Below, piece by piece: positions 20,571-32,730 of a stretch of 64,000 nt of DNA. The stretch spans positions 1-64,000 of the forward strand of contig BLSG01000411.1 of the NCBI GenBank assembly GCA_012862495.1, written 5' to 3'. This stretch comes from Thraustochytrium aureum (lineage: Eukaryota). A program made the position numbers and the translations under genes. Numbering within the stretch: the stretch's first letter is position 1; each line of letters opens with the position of its first letter. A model generated the notes under the pieces. The model saw only the letters and a list, made by a program, of their open reading frames with translations, searched no databases and was not told the DNA's origin.

Positions 20571-22412
20571 ATGAGCGACGAAGGCAACGCTCCTGCACAC
20601 GGCGAGGTCTCGCTGGCCTCAACGCAGCCGCACGGGCGCAGCGTCTGCATGGTTGCCGCTCTTGTGGTCAACGTCGCGTTGCTGATCTACTCGCACGTCG
20701 GGATCAACGCGATCGTCTACTCGTCACTGGAGATCGGGAGCGGACTTGACGAGAACGGCAGCCTCAACAAGACTGGCCAATGCACGCCCAGCGACGAGTC
20801 CGTTTGGTTTGGCAACGAACAGCTCAACACCACCGATCGATGCCTCGTATGGGATTCCATCGATTTCCTGAACAGTCGCCCCTGCCCGTACGCCAGCAAG
20901 ACTGCCGCGCGAGACGCGTACAACGATTTCATGTTCGCGTACGGCCTGTGCGTCGGCTTCGAATTTGGGTTTTGTGAAGTCAACCCTTCCGAGGACCTGG
21001 CCGAGTTTCAGCAGATCGCGAACGCGGAGTGGGGCTTTTCGGGAACTTGCGCCGAGTGCATGTTTGCGCAATTCGAATGCACCGTGTCCAGCTGCGTCGC
21101 TGAATGTGCTTCAAACCTCGCTTCCCTCGGCTGCCCGGGTGCTGACTCTGCGTGTGCGGATTGTGTCGAGGATAAGTGCTCGCCTGCCTTCAAGTCTTGC
21201 AGCGGCCTGCCGACGACCCCGGTTCAGGACTACCAGTATGACAATTGCCCCGACCTCGATGGTTCTGAACCGAAAATCCAGAGCGAAGAGTGCCTCATCG
21301 TGAGCGAGCTCGATATCGAACTCTACAAAGTCTTCGAGGTGCGATTCGGCAACGCCGTGACAAAGGCTTGGGAGGGGGGCGCGCGTTTCCTGGCTCTGCT
21401 GGTGGCGATCGCGTCCGGCGTGTGGCCCTACATGAAGAACATCATGATGGCCATTACCTGGTTCGTGCCGCTCTCTCCTAGCCGCCGCGATTATGTTCTC
21501 CTCTGGCTCGCTCGCCTCGGCCGCTGGTCGCTCGTAGACGTCTTTGCGGTAATTCTCATCATCGTCGGCCTCCGCATAGACAAGGAAATCAGCTCTGGGA
21601 CCTACCTTCTCGTCCGCTCCGAGTCAAGTGCTGCGATCTACTGCTTTGCAGTTGCCGCTGTTATGGCGCTCGTTCAGGGCGAGGTGATCCGCCGCATCAA
21701 TCGTAACGGGATCAAGCGCGCCCCAGCATACACCGTCAGCCTGCCAGAGCCGCTGTCCAGCGGCGCGCGCAATGCCCTCCGCGGCTCCACTTTGGCGCTC
21801 TCTCTGGTTTCGATCGCCCTCGCCGCTGTTGGCCTCACCATGGTGAACATCGAGTTCGAAATGCGCGGCATCGCCGTCTCTTTCAAGGGGCCAAACCTGT
21901 ACAAGTATACCGGAATCGAGGTGGGCACCAGCCTCGTCGACGCCTGCCAGCTTCAGGGCCTTGGCGAGTACTTTTTGCTCATCGTCTACTTTGCAACCGT
22001 GGTGCTGTGCCCTGCTCTTGCGCTGCTTGGCTTCATTGCGCTTGCGGTTATGCCGGCGCGTCTCATGGCGTCCAATCGCGGCCTTGTCCGCATCATCAAT
22101 GTGCTGGCCAACTTTCAGTGCCTCGACGTCTTTCTGCTCTCCATGGTCGTCCTTATCGCTCAGTTTGAGCCCCTTATCGATGGCTCGATTGCCGCCGAAG
22201 CCGCGGCAATTTGCGGCGAGGACGTCGAGGGCGACTGCCTCAAGTTTGTTGGGACCCTTGAGCTCGGCGCAGTGTTTGTTGGCGCCAGCGTTGTGACGTT
22301 CTGGGTAGCCCAGATTTTATCGTTGTGGGTGCAGAGGCACTGGCGATTCCACGCAATTGGCATTGCCACGATCGAGGATGCCTCAAAGGAGGTCACAACG
22401 GAGTGGAAATAG
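20571..22412 (+). CDS. Membrane protein with Cys-rich lumenal/extracellular domain and two PqiA-like domains
   Basis: N-terminal TM, many CxxC motifs, LGRWSLVDVF and FQCLDVFLL (PqiA-type W-S-x-x-D-V-F motif), multiple TM helices. Confidence 0.7.
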   Translation: MSDEGNAPAHGEVSLASTQPHGRSVCMVAALVVNVALLIYSHVGINAIVYSSLEIGSGLDENGSLNKTGQCTPSDESVWFGNEQLNTTDRCLVWDSIDFLNSRPCPYASKTAARDAYNDFMFAYGLCVGFEFGFCEVNPSEDLAEFQQIANAEWGFSGTCAECMFAQFECTVSSCVAECASNLASLGCPGADSACADCVEDKCSPAFKSCSGLPTTPVQDYQYDNCPDLDGSEPKIQSEECLIVSELDIELYKVFEVRFGNAVTKAWEGGARFLALLVAIASGVWPYMKNIMMAITWFVPLSPSRRDYVLLWLARLGRWSLVDVFAVILIIVGLRIDKEISSGTYLLVRSESSAAIYCFAVAAVMALVQGEVIRRINRNGIKRAPAYTVSLPEPLSSGARNALRGSTLALSLVSIALAAVGLTMVNIEFEMRGIAVSFKGPNLYKYTGIEVGTSLVDACQLQGLGEYFLLIVYFATVVLCPALALLGFIALAVMPARLMASNRGLVRIINVLANFQCLDVFLLSMVVLIAQFEPLIDGSIAAEAAAICGEDVEGDCLKFVGTLELGAVFVGASVVTFWVAQILSLWVQRHWRFHAIGIATIEDASKEVTTEWK

Positions 22413-22781
22413 GTGCCCCGCTGTGGAAATAGGCGGGAGGGCCTACTTGGCTGCCTGCCTGCCTGCCTGCTTACCGCACGGCGGAGCCAGGCTCGCGCCG
22501 CCTTGGCGACATAGGTCCTGTTATTGGTGTTCCCACACCAGTGCGAACAAAAATGTCATCTGTGTTTTGGATATTTATAAAAAAAGGCGAGCTCGCTCTT
22601 CGTGAGCGAGCAAAGGCGTTCCGCAGTCCTGCCGACTGCACTGTCGGCCGCCGTTCGCTGCAGCCCAGCCCAACAACCAAACCACCGCCACACCCAGCTG
22701 GTGCGCTGACAGCCTCTGTCGAGGGCTTTGGATTCTTGTGCATGCTTTGTTCCTGGGCGACGCGCAGCATCTCGCCCTGCA

Positions 22782-23649
22782 CTAGGCAGTTGCATCACCC
22801 GTCCTTGCGGGCTTGGTAAACTTGGAGCTCTGTATTTTCACCTCGCCTGCTTCCATTTCGTACACGTAGGCCACTGCGTCATTCCCTTTGATGCTCATGC
22901 AGATAAAGCTCGGCCGAACATCTGTCTCGGTGCCGCTAAATGCGCCGGTGATCGAGCCTGGGTTGATCAGCCAGCGCCCCTCGAGCTCGACCGTGCTCGT
23001 TTGGTGCGTGTGCCCAGTAATCAAGATGTCGACGTCCAGCTTTCCTCGACGAGGTGCGCCGACCGAGGTCAGTGAGACGTGCAGCGAGAGCGAATGCACG
23101 GGCGGCCGGGCGCTGCGTTGCACTTACTTTGCGCGCATAGATGGCGAGGCTCTCCTCGTCGCCCCAAGGAATGACCTGGTGTCCGTGGCAAAGCCCGATT
23201 TTGAAGTCTCCAATGCGAATGACAGTGTCGTCAGGGAGGCTTGCGAGCTGCGCAGCACATATATAGCTGTTAGCGGCGAGCCTCGCGAGGTCGGGCCGCA
23301 AGGGCAAGCAGAAGCGAGTCGCCAGCGGTCGCCGCCCTCGCAAGAGCGACCGCACACTGACACACCTCATCCATGTCGCCGCGCACGACGTGCACGCTGG
23401 GTGCGAGCGTGCGCAGAAAGTCGTACTGCTCCCTTGCGCACAAGTTTCCGGTGCACAGCACGTGCTGCGTCTTGTTCGGGACGAGCATCTTCTTGAAGCT
23501 GTCGGGGATAGTCGCCGCGCGGTGGGGCATGTGCAGGTCGCCCAGCACGAGCACCAGCTGCCCCAGCGTGCCGAGCACGGCCAGTCAGCTGCCGCGCCTC
23601 CCAGGGAACCGCCGCTCGGCAGCCAGCCTCGACTTACCTCGCCGTACAT
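22782..23649 (-). CDS. VPS29: Retromer subunit VPS29; exons 23649-23638, 23557-23366, 23247-23128, 23039-22782 (193 aa)
   Basis: [60 protein letters not shown]. Three GT-AG introns with CTRAC branch points keep the frame. Confidence 0.96.
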
Positions 23650-23919
23650 GGTGGGTCGCTCTCAACCGCCTGCCGGTCGCCGCGCGCTTGCCAGCCTGCG
23701 TCCTCTGGCGGCGCTGGGTCGATTGGATCTTCGCCAGAGCGCGCCACGAGGGCTCCTCGCCTCTGCGCGGCGGCAAGGAACAGCGGGGTCCTCTGTATCT
23801 AGGGTTTCGTGCGTGGGTGGTGCTGGAGCGGTCGGTGGTGGGTGGCGAGCACCAGCAGCAGCAGCAGACACGCACGGCGATCGAACAGGAGGCAGGAGCT
23901 CACCCAGGAGAGCGCAACC

Positions 23920-24581
23920 ATGGTAAGTCAGCGGACAGCGCGCCAGGCAGGCAGGCGGGCAGGCGGGCAGGCAGGCAGGCAGGCAGGAACGCGCGCATGG
24001 CTGCCAGGTGCCAGGCTGCCAGGCAGGCAGGCGAGGCGCTCGATCTGCATCTCGGCCGACGAGGACGTGCGGGCCGCCCGCGGGTGCGCGAGGAGGGTGA
24101 TGCGTCGCACAGGGAACCGAGCAGAGGGCCGACGGGGTCGGTGCTGCCGCGCGGTGCTGCAGCCGCGATGCGAGCTCGGCCTAGGGTGGGGTTGGTGCCG
24201 CGTTTTCCCACGAGTCGGGCTTGTTGCTGACGCGCTTCGTTTGCTTGCTCCCCTCAGGCTGTCAAGCAGCAGAAGACGAAAGAGGCCAAGGCCAAGGCGG
24301 CCATGGCCGGCGGTGGCAAGGGCAAGAAGAAGAAGTGGGCCAAGGGCAAGGTCCGCGAGAAGGCCTTCAACATGGTGCTCTTTGACGAGCCCGCCTACAA
24401 GAAGCTTTTGGACGATGTCCCCAAGATGAAGCTGATCACCGTGGCCACCGTTGTGGAGCGCCTCAAGGTGAACGGCTCGCTCGCGCGCCGCGCCATGGTG
24501 GAGCTCGAGGAGAAGGGCCTCATCAAGTGCGTCGTGCCCGAGGGCAAGGGGCGCATTTACACCCGCTCTTCGCATGCTTGA
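23920..24581 (+). CDS. RPS25: 40S ribosomal protein S25 (eS25); exons 23920-23922, 24258-24581
   Basis: ATG|gtaagt...cag|GCT. GGGKGKKKKWAKGKVREK, KLITVATVVERLKVNGSLARRA, IYTR. Divergent from VPS29 across ~270 bp. Confidence 0.96.
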
Positions 24582-24799
24582 AACATCTTCGCTATTGGCC
24601 CTTTCTACTCCCGCCTCCTTGCTTCCGTCTTGCTGGCCCTCTCGCGATGCCGTGCGGGGCCGCGATCGGATAAAGAATCCTACCCATCCAAAGTGGCAGA
24701 CCCGCGGGTCGATGGAGGTCGGACCAAACCGACCAGTTGCTCCCTCCGTGAGTTTTCGCAAGTTGGCTTCGCTCGCCGCAAGTTGCCGCGTTGACTGTT

Positions 24800-24800
<1 letters not shown>

Positions 24801-24840
<40 letters not shown>
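24801..24840. repeat. (GGC)13 microsatellite
   Basis: Seen directly, upstream of the coiled-coil gene. Confidence 0.9.
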
Positions 24841-24956
24841 ATCGCCCTGGACCTGCAGCGGACCCTCGAGCCCTCCGCGGCTGGCGCGTTCTTCTCTTTG
24901 CTGGAAGGAGGCCCTCGCGCAACGGAAGGGCGACGAGTTCAGAGGACGCCAACGCC

Positions 24957-26848
24957 ATGTCCAGCAACAGCGGCCTCGGCGCCGACCTGCTCGCCTCCGT
25001 CCAGCGCAGGCAGGAGAGGGACGGCCTGCTCAGCCAAATGGAGACGCTCATGGAGGAGTCCCACCGTGTCATGGAAGAGGCAGGAAACGAGGCCGCCGGG
25101 GATGGGCAAACGGAAGAGGCGCAAGGGAGCGCGAGCAGCGGCAGGTTGAGCCCGGCTGTCGCCGAGCTACAGCGCGTCTGCGCGCTCCTCGAGCAAAAGG
25201 AAGCCGACCTTGAGCTCGCCGCTCAAATTGGCGACGCTCTCTTTCAGGAGAACACGCGCCTCCGCATGGAGACCAAGGCCACCGCAGACCTGCGCGCCGA
25301 GCTGGACGCCAAAGCAGAACAGCTCATGGCGGCACAGGAGGAGGCGCGGAGCCTTCAACGGCGCTCTGACCTGCTTAGCTCGCACCTACGCGAGATGGAC
25401 GCGCAAAACGTTCGCCTTCTTGACGAGCTGAAAGAGGCGCAGGATGGCTCGCGCCTCAAAGACCAGCAGGTCGCCCGAGCTGACGCCGAGCCGCGCTCGC
25501 CCGGGCAGGTGCCAAAGTCGCCGGCGTCCCCGCAATCGCCCGGCCGCGGTGGCGAAGGCGCCGCCAGCGCCTCACCGACCGGGTCAGCCCGCAAGCGGCC
25601 GCCACTTGCAAACTCCGGGGCTCCAACGCTCGGGGAGAGCGACTCGGCCCTCGTCGACGAAATGGAGGCCGACCTCGGCATTTGGAGGCGCCGCGCTCTG
25701 GCTGCAGAAAAATCGGCTGAAAGGGAAAAGGTCCTTCGCGAGGAGCAGGTGCTGCGCCTGCGCGAGACAGTGGACCAAATGGAGGCAAAGCTCAAGGGCA
25801 ACGAAGCGCGAGCGACACAGACCGCGCAGCTCGAGCAGCTGGCAAAGGCTGCTGGGGAAGCAGAGCAGGCCCTGCGCGAGCGCTTGGCTCATGCTCTCGA
25901 GGAGCGAGACGCGCTTGAGCGTGCGAACGCCTCGCTGACCGCCGACCTCAACGAGTACCGCGACCTCTTGGGAGAGCGTCGCGAGTGAGCGAGCAGCGAC
26001 GCATCAGACCCTGGCGCACCTCCGCAGGAGGACAGGCCACGATTGGGGCTGAATCGCTTGCAGCCGAGCTCGAGTCTGCAGGGCACTTGCGAGGGCCTAC
26101 GCCTGTGGCTCACGAGAGGTGTGCCGAGGCGGCTACGCAAACGGCTTCCGGGACGGACGGTTTCGGATCGACCGAAGCGGATGAGGTGGACCCGTACTTT
26201 TTCCACTTCCACATGACGGCCATGTCGGTCAAAGCGCACCTCTCCATGTCGTCGAGCCAGTCTCGACAGGGCGGCGGCGGAACAGGTGGGGCGGTCGTCT
26301 CGGCTGCGGCACTGGACACCATCAATGCCTTGGACACGCATGAGATGTACAAAGAGGTCATTGAGAAGGCAATACCGCCCCATTATTGGATCGGGTACAT
26401 CCGCGACTGCTTTGCCAAGGCTCATCTCAAGTCAATCCTCGGCTCGCGCCAGGCTGAGGCGAGCCACAAGGCGCTTGGCGGGTCCAGCATTTCCTCGGCC
26501 CAGCGCACACCGACGGTGCAGCTTGCGCCACCGTTCTTTGAAGGCAGTCAGAGTTACCTTGCGAACGACGCCAGTCTTGCGCGGGCCTCTGCTGTCGCAG
26601 ACCGCCAGAGCCGCGCGTCCTCCCCGAGCAGGCGGCGAACGGGCGGAGGGAGTATGTTCCAGCGGCTCTTATCAGCAGTTACGACTTCTAGCCAGAGTCC
26701 GAGCCGGCCCGGGGTGGGCAAGAGCTCTAGTGGATTCGGCGCTGCCGCGGACGCGCAAGGCGCAGGAGCCGGCGCGCGTGCCTCACACCAAGCCGATGGA
26801 GCCGGCGCGCGTGCCTCGCACCAAGCCGATGGTGATGACACAGTATAA
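24957..26848 (+). CDS. Coiled-coil protein (HAP1/BICD-like motif); frame change near 25985 (intron or indel)
   Basis: LEQKEADLELAAQIGDALFQEN resembles the CC1-box of dynein adaptors; long coiled coil. A second frame continues with SLAAELE and a folded-looking domain (YFFHFHMTAMSVK...LDTHEMYKEVIEKAIPPHYWIGYIR). Confidence 0.6.
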
Positions 26849-26975
26849 ACTAAACTTGAAATTGCGGCTGGCGTGATAGATGCTCTGTTGACTGGCCTCA
26901 CTGTTCCCGAGCAAGTCAACTGCAGCGTAGAGCACACCAGAGAAAAATCGCTGTATCTTTTCTAAAGCTCCCAGG

Positions 26976-29900
26976 CTAGCCGGCTCGAATCAAACTTGCG
27001 TGGTTCTCGTCCAAAAGCGACAGCGAACTAAGTTGCGGCGTGCTGGCGAAAGGCTCGCTTGAAGAGACATGGCTTGGCAGATCCAAAGGCTCGCCGATTT
27101 CGCCGGAACCGCCGCAAAGCCGCGAAACATCCGTTCCTGTCACGGCGCAGGGAATACAGATCTGCCCGAGAGACATCAGAAACGCCAGCAGCGAATGATT
27201 CGCTCTTGCGCTCCCGGCCAGCGCCAGCAGATCGTGGTAGCGGGTTCTGACGTGAACCTGCCTAGCGCGACCTGCAAGCGCCGAGTCGCCTCCACCACTC
27301 AGCTCCAGTGTTATACAGACATCCGGACTGCGACGTTTTGGCTCAAAGTCAGAAGCGCGTCCTCTCCGCTTCAAAACAATCGCCAGACCCGCCTAGTCGG
27401 GGACCCTGCCAAAAAGACTCACCTCGCGTCAGCACGTGCGCTGGCAATAGCCTCGCCAACCGTAATCCCCGAGCCACCAACTGCCATAGAGGGCTCCAGT
27501 CGCCATCGCGACGGCCCGCGAACTTTGATCGCCCACCCCACTGCGCGCGCCGTGCCAGTCACCACAGCCAGCCGCACGTCGCGCGGGGCGAGTCCCTCGC
27601 GCTCCAGGTCACCTAGCTCTGGGAGCCAGGTGCACAGACCGATGTCGAAGCCGCGCGGAGCTCGCACCTCGCGGGTCAACAGCGGAACCTGCATAAAAAC
27701 GTCGGGCCGGTCGGTGACAACTGTTCCCAGCCCCAAGCCCGTGTCCAGAGGCGCTTGATGCGCACAACCGCCGGTTTGCACGCTCGTTACGAGCGCAGGC
27801 GCGCCAGAATCCCCATCACGGCTACGCCACCACGCACAGGTTGTCCGCTCGCCACCCCAAAACTCCAGACAGAGCTCGTGCGCTGAGCATTCTGAGGGCG
27901 GCGCGCGGAACCCAAGCGAAACCTTTTCCACCATACTCATTCCATCAAGGCATGCAACAAACGCCGCACGACAGCGCGCATTCGCGGCTTCTCCGACCCC
28001 AGGAGCTCGCTCAAGCTCAACTCGCACATCTCGGCATAGAAGCCAAGCGCCTTTGGGGCACAGAGCTTGGATCGAGGCCCCGAGTCGCTGATCCGCCACG
28101 TGAAGTGGTACCGGCCTTCGATCGACCCGATGTGCATCCACAACAAACAGGGTTTCCCCTATCAGGTGGAGAACGCGGCACAGCAGCGAGACGCGGCACG
28201 GCGCTCCTCCATGTTCTTCGAGAGCTCGCCTCGTCGGAAGGCCGGCCACGACGCGCGGCGCACACAAAGTCTCTGGGGGGGGGCGGTTGCTGGGCTTGCG
28301 AGGTTCGCGGCGGCGCCGTGCCGGTTTGCGCGCGTCGACTCGGTGGCGCACAGAATCGGCATCTCGAGCCGCGACATATTGGCAGGCTGTTCGCCACCGC
28401 CACCGCCACCGCGCTCACTTAAAAAGGTGGCCCAGCGCGATTGAGACGAGGGCCACGGGACGCTTCCGGCACCGACGTGCCTCGTCGCAAGCAGCTTCGC
28501 CCTGCTGATCGTGAAGGTTGCCTCACTGTCCTCGCTCAGCAGGCTCATCAACCGGCCAACGTACTGCGGCGGCACTAAAAGCTCGCAAAGCGCGCCTCCG
28601 CCGGGGCGCGAGAGGAGCGCGCTTGACCAGGCAGCTCCCGGCGGCGCGCTGTCGGAGTCGAGTCTAGTTGCGCCATCATCCATGATGAGTGCATCCCGAA
28701 TCACGGTTGCCTTCACGCGCACGTCGAGGCGTCCTACATGCTGCATGGTCGCAAAAGCCTCTGGGTCGCCCAACAACGCGTGCCATCCATCGCCAGCCTG
28801 CTCAATTTGCAACATTGTCGAGTCCCAAGACGACAACCTGCCAACGTGTCCGCCCATGTGCGCCCCTCCAAGTTGAAATCGAGAGTCGACCTCGCAAACT
28901 CCTTCCTCTCCGCCGTCCACCACCGTCTTCTCGTCGTCGTCGCTTTGTGCAGGCGAGTCCTCCTTGGACTGTTCCACAACGCTGAGCGTCTCTGGCACTG
29001 GCGCTGAGGCCTCAAGGGCAACACACGGTCTTGGCGCTTGGCGCTGCTCCAAAACCACCAGCGACGGCGAGATCAGGGTCGCCGACGCCGGTAGAAAGAC
29101 CCACGGCCAAAACACAGTGATTCTACAGTCCACGAGGTCGGTCGCCGCTCCCATGCCGCGCAGGTGACCCAGCCGCACGAGGAGGTCGGCGCACCTTGCG
29201 TACTGATCCACCCCAGCGCCGGCAACTTGACGATTCCCGCGTCCGTGGCGAGCGCGCGTTGGTGAAAACGCTTTGCCGCAGTGCTCGGCAAGCGCCGCAA
29301 CGGTGCGCGGCAGGCAGAGCGCGACCCGAGACCCGTTCTGTGGCCGTTCTGGCCGCCCCGCCATCGGATCGGAAGTGCTACCGCAACCGTTCGATACAAC
29401 CACAGCGCTCATGCAGAGCAGGTGACCCTCAAGCCGTGCAGAGAGTACATGAAGCCCGAGACGCGGACTGTCCCAAGGGTTGCGGCCCGTGGCGAGCGGC
29501 GACGCACCCGCCTCGCTGCGTGGCGTACCCTCCTGCGTTGATTGCAAATTCGATTCCCACACCTCCTTCTCCATTAGCGACCGATGCAAGCCCGTGCGGG
29601 CGCGCGAGACAGCATCGACGAGCTTGTCCACTGAGCTAGAGCCCCCGCGGCGTCGCCGCCGCACAGCCCAGCCCGGCTCTCCGTTGACGCCACCGGCGTT
29701 CGCCGTAGCGCGCCGGACGGGGCTCTCTGCGCTTGCTAGACGCCTTGCCATCATCGATGCCACGGTCACTATCGCAGGCTCGCTGGTACCACCACCCACA
29801 AGGCGCTCGTTTATCCAACAAGTGGCCGATGCCGTTATGGCATCTTTCTCAGAGGCGCTCTCGTCAAGCAACCCACCACGCGGAAACCCTTGGCCGCCTC

Positions 29901-31016
29901 CAGGTTGCAACGCGGGGACCAAACGCACCGCTAACTCTTCAGCGGCGCCCTCCCCCCTCCTCCACCCTCCTCCCCCTCCTCTTCAACGTCTTCGATCTCC
30001 TCGACGAGCTGGGCGTGCTTCTCGGCGAGCGCCGGAGCTACGGCTCGCGCAGGCTCAGAAGGCGCAACCCGGCTGGGCCCTTGCTTTGGCCTCGACCGGC
30101 TCAGCCCCGGCCTGCGCGACGCGCGCTTTGGGCCTAAGCCACCGAGAACTTCAGAAAGCGTCTTTGGGCCTGGTCCCTCGCCAACTGGTGCGACGTCCTG
30201 ACGAAGCCGCCTGCTCCGGAGCAGCGAGCTCGTCACGCCTGTCCGCCGCTTCTTGCTGGGCCGGCCCCTTCCTGCTGCCGTGCCTGACGACGCCAAGCTG
30301 GTTGGCCCTCTTGTCAACCATCCGCCTCCCTCGTCGCTGTCGTCGCTGAAGAACCCGAAGCCGCTGCGGGCCGGCCCCGGCTTTGTGGAGGCCGCGGCAG
30401 CACCCTCCAAGTCTTCTTGACTGTTCGCCCGACCGCAGCTTCCCACCTTCTCGCAGGCCGGACCCGCGGCCCCCAAACCCGCTTCCGAGTGAAATTTACT
30501 GGAGCCGCTTTCCTGAGCAGCCTCCTCGGCGCAGTGTGCCTCGAGTTCGCGACCGCTTTGGTCCTGGGTTCCGAGCTTCGCGCCAACCACACTCGGGTTG
30601 TCATCGCCAAGGTCCGCGGCCGGGCGGAAGAGGTCCTCATAGTCAGCAGAGCCTTCCCAGCTACCTCTTAGGTCGATGCGCGCCTTGCGCGTCCGCCCGT
30701 GAAGCAACTGCTCCGCAGCCGCGGCGCCACGTCGCTGTACCTCGGACGCCTCGCCCGCGCTCGCTGCAGCAGCAACAGCCCGCTTGCGTTTGCTGGTCGG
30801 CAAGCTGGACGAGCTCGCCCCTGATGCCACAGATTGCGCCGAGGATGACGCTGAGGTGAACGACGTGGCCGAGCCGAGTGTTTCGGAGCGGCGCGGTGCG
30901 GCTCTGCCCGGCTGCGTTCCTTGCAGAACCTTGGACAAGAGCGAGGCCTTGAGCCGCTTGTGCTTCTGGTCCTCCTCGAAGCGAACGACGGCGCCGCCCT
31001 CGCGCCGCCCGCTCAT
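26976..31016 (-). CDS. Large hypothetical protein broken by frameshifts; disordered N-terminus then OB-fold-like domains (SPIDR-like, tentative)
   Basis: Four consecutive minus-strand ORFs. Two junctions sit at homopolymers (~29955 G6, ~28280 C9). LHVLSARLEG...RITVFWPW and GAWLLCRDVRV resemble OB-fold strands. 3' end uncertain. Confidence 0.45.
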
Positions 31017-31271
31017 CCTGGCTCCCTTCGCGCGCAGCCAACCAACTAGCCTGCCTGCCTGCCAGCCTTCCTGCACGCCGGGCTCCTCGCGTGGTTTCTC
31101 TTGTGGGTCTGTGGTCTGTCGCGGGAGCTGCCGCCGAACAGAGGAAGCGCTCCCCTGGACGGGCAACCCAGGCAGGGCTTGCCAACCCCAGTCGACCCTG
31201 CTGCGCCGCTCGCTTGCTTGCTCGCCCTGTGCTTGCTTGCTCGCGGGAGCGAGGCGGCGCGCCGTGGGCAG

Positions 31272-32546
31272 ATGGAGGACCTGGTAGAGACCTTGGGCGT
31301 GGCGGGGACGGTTGCCGCGTGCTTGGCGGCGCTCGCTGTGCTTTTCGCGGGCCTGGAGACGCTCTGCGACGATTTCCTCGTCCCCGCCCTCGACGCCCTG
31401 AGCCAACGGTGCGGGCTCCCCCATGACGTGGCCAGTGCCACAGTGCTGGCCTTTGGCGCGTCGGCCGCTGAAATTGCCGTGAGCATGCTTGGCGCTGCCC
31501 ACGGCGATCCCGAGCTCTCCCTCGGCGTCGTGGCCGGGTCGGGGATTATTGCCTTCTCGCTTGTGCCAGCGGCCTGCGCGTGGGCCGCCGAGAGCGGCGA
31601 GCTCCGCCTTGAGCTCTGGCCCTTGGCACGCGACTGCTCTGTGTTTGCGCTTGCCGTGGCCGCTTTGTTCTGGTCTCTGGCCGCCGGAGCTTTCGGACTC
31701 GAGCAGTGCGTGGCGCTCCTGGCCGTTCTCATCCTGTACGTTTCCCTTCTCTTGTGCGCACCGCGAAGTGCCGCAGCCCGCGACTTGGAGGAGGCGGATC
31801 GGCTGGTGCGGGGCGGCGCGAACTACAGCAGCTACGGCGAGGCTGCCAACAGTGGGAGCAACAGCCAGGGGCCACGGAAATCGATCGCGCGATCCGAATC
31901 GAGCATCGAAGACGAGCTGGACGAGGTATGCGAGCGCTGGCCGCTCATCATCCTATCGTACCCGTGGAAGTTTATCTTTAGCGTGGTCGTGCCGCCGTTC
32001 CTCATGTGCCGAGAGTCGCCGTCGCGCAAGATCCGTGCGACCAGGTGGTGGCCATTGTCGCTCGTGGTCTCGGTTGCGCTCCTTGGCTCGCTCGGAGAGC
32101 TGGTTTTTCAGGTCACTTCCGTTTTAGTGCTGGCGCTCGACATTCCTTCGCACGTGGCTGGGATCACCGTCCTCGCTCTCGGGACGCAGGTCGAAGATAT
32201 TTTTTGCAGCATGGCCATTGCGCGCGCCGGCAAGCCCGTCAGCGCGATGGCGAGCGCCGTGGGCAGTCAGGTACTCAACATTGTGCTTGGGATTGGCGGG
32301 CCATTCTTCGCGCTTGTGCTAAGGACAGGCGCGCCGGTGTTGCTGCCCGAGGTTGACCTGCGCGGAGCAAGAGAGGCTGTGCTCGTTTTGCTTGCGTCAT
32401 GTGGCGTCTTCGTCCTATTGGCCGGACGTCGGCACTTTTGCGGCCCCGCCCCTGGACCTGTGATTTCCAGCCGTGACGGCGCTTTTCTGGTGTTTGTGTA
32501 CGTGGCGCTCACGGGACTGGCGATTTCTTCCCAGATTCACTCGTGA
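31272..32546 (+). CDS. Na+/Ca2+(K+) exchanger family (CaCA/NCKX-like)
   Basis: LCDDFLVPAL...HDVASATVLAFGASAAE (alpha-1) and AGITVLALGTQVED...SAVGSQVLNIVLGIG (alpha-2); about 10 TMs. Confidence 0.88.
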   Translation: MEDLVETLGVAGTVAACLAALAVLFAGLETLCDDFLVPALDALSQRCGLPHDVASATVLAFGASAAEIAVSMLGAAHGDPELSLGVVAGSGIIAFSLVPAACAWAAESGELRLELWPLARDCSVFALAVAALFWSLAAGAFGLEQCVALLAVLILYVSLLLCAPRSAAARDLEEADRLVRGGANYSSYGEAANSGSNSQGPRKSIARSESSIEDELDEVCERWPLIILSYPWKFIFSVVVPPFLMCRESPSRKIRATRWWPLSLVVSVALLGSLGELVFQVTSVLVLALDIPSHVAGITVLALGTQVEDIFCSMAIARAGKPVSAMASAVGSQVLNIVLGIGGPFFALVLRTGAPVLLPEVDLRGAREAVLVLLASCGVFVLLAGRRHFCGPAPGPVISSRDGAFLVFVYVALTGLAISSQIHS

Positions 32547-32730
32547 GCTTCCCAACAAGGACGTGCGCTCTTTAAGCAGCACAGCGAGCCAGCAGGTAGC
32601 AAGTAGCCAGCCAGCCCAACGAGCGCTAACTAGCTAGTCTAGCGCATTTCGAAATTCTTTTCCCTTGCTTTGTTTTGGCGGAGTGAGCCGGCGCACAACT
32701 GATCGGCACTGCAACACCGAGCTCTGCGCC

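Noticed and set aside
23945..24035. Recurring GGCA/TGCC tracts (also ~12160, 22451, 31050, 34180) as a regulatory element
   Set aside because: They occur in an intron, 3' regions and promoters alike, which fits ordinary microsatellites.
25960..26030. Stop-codon readthrough or alternative genetic code
   Set aside because: The break is a frame change rather than an in-frame stop, and other genes end normally with TAA, TAG and TGA.
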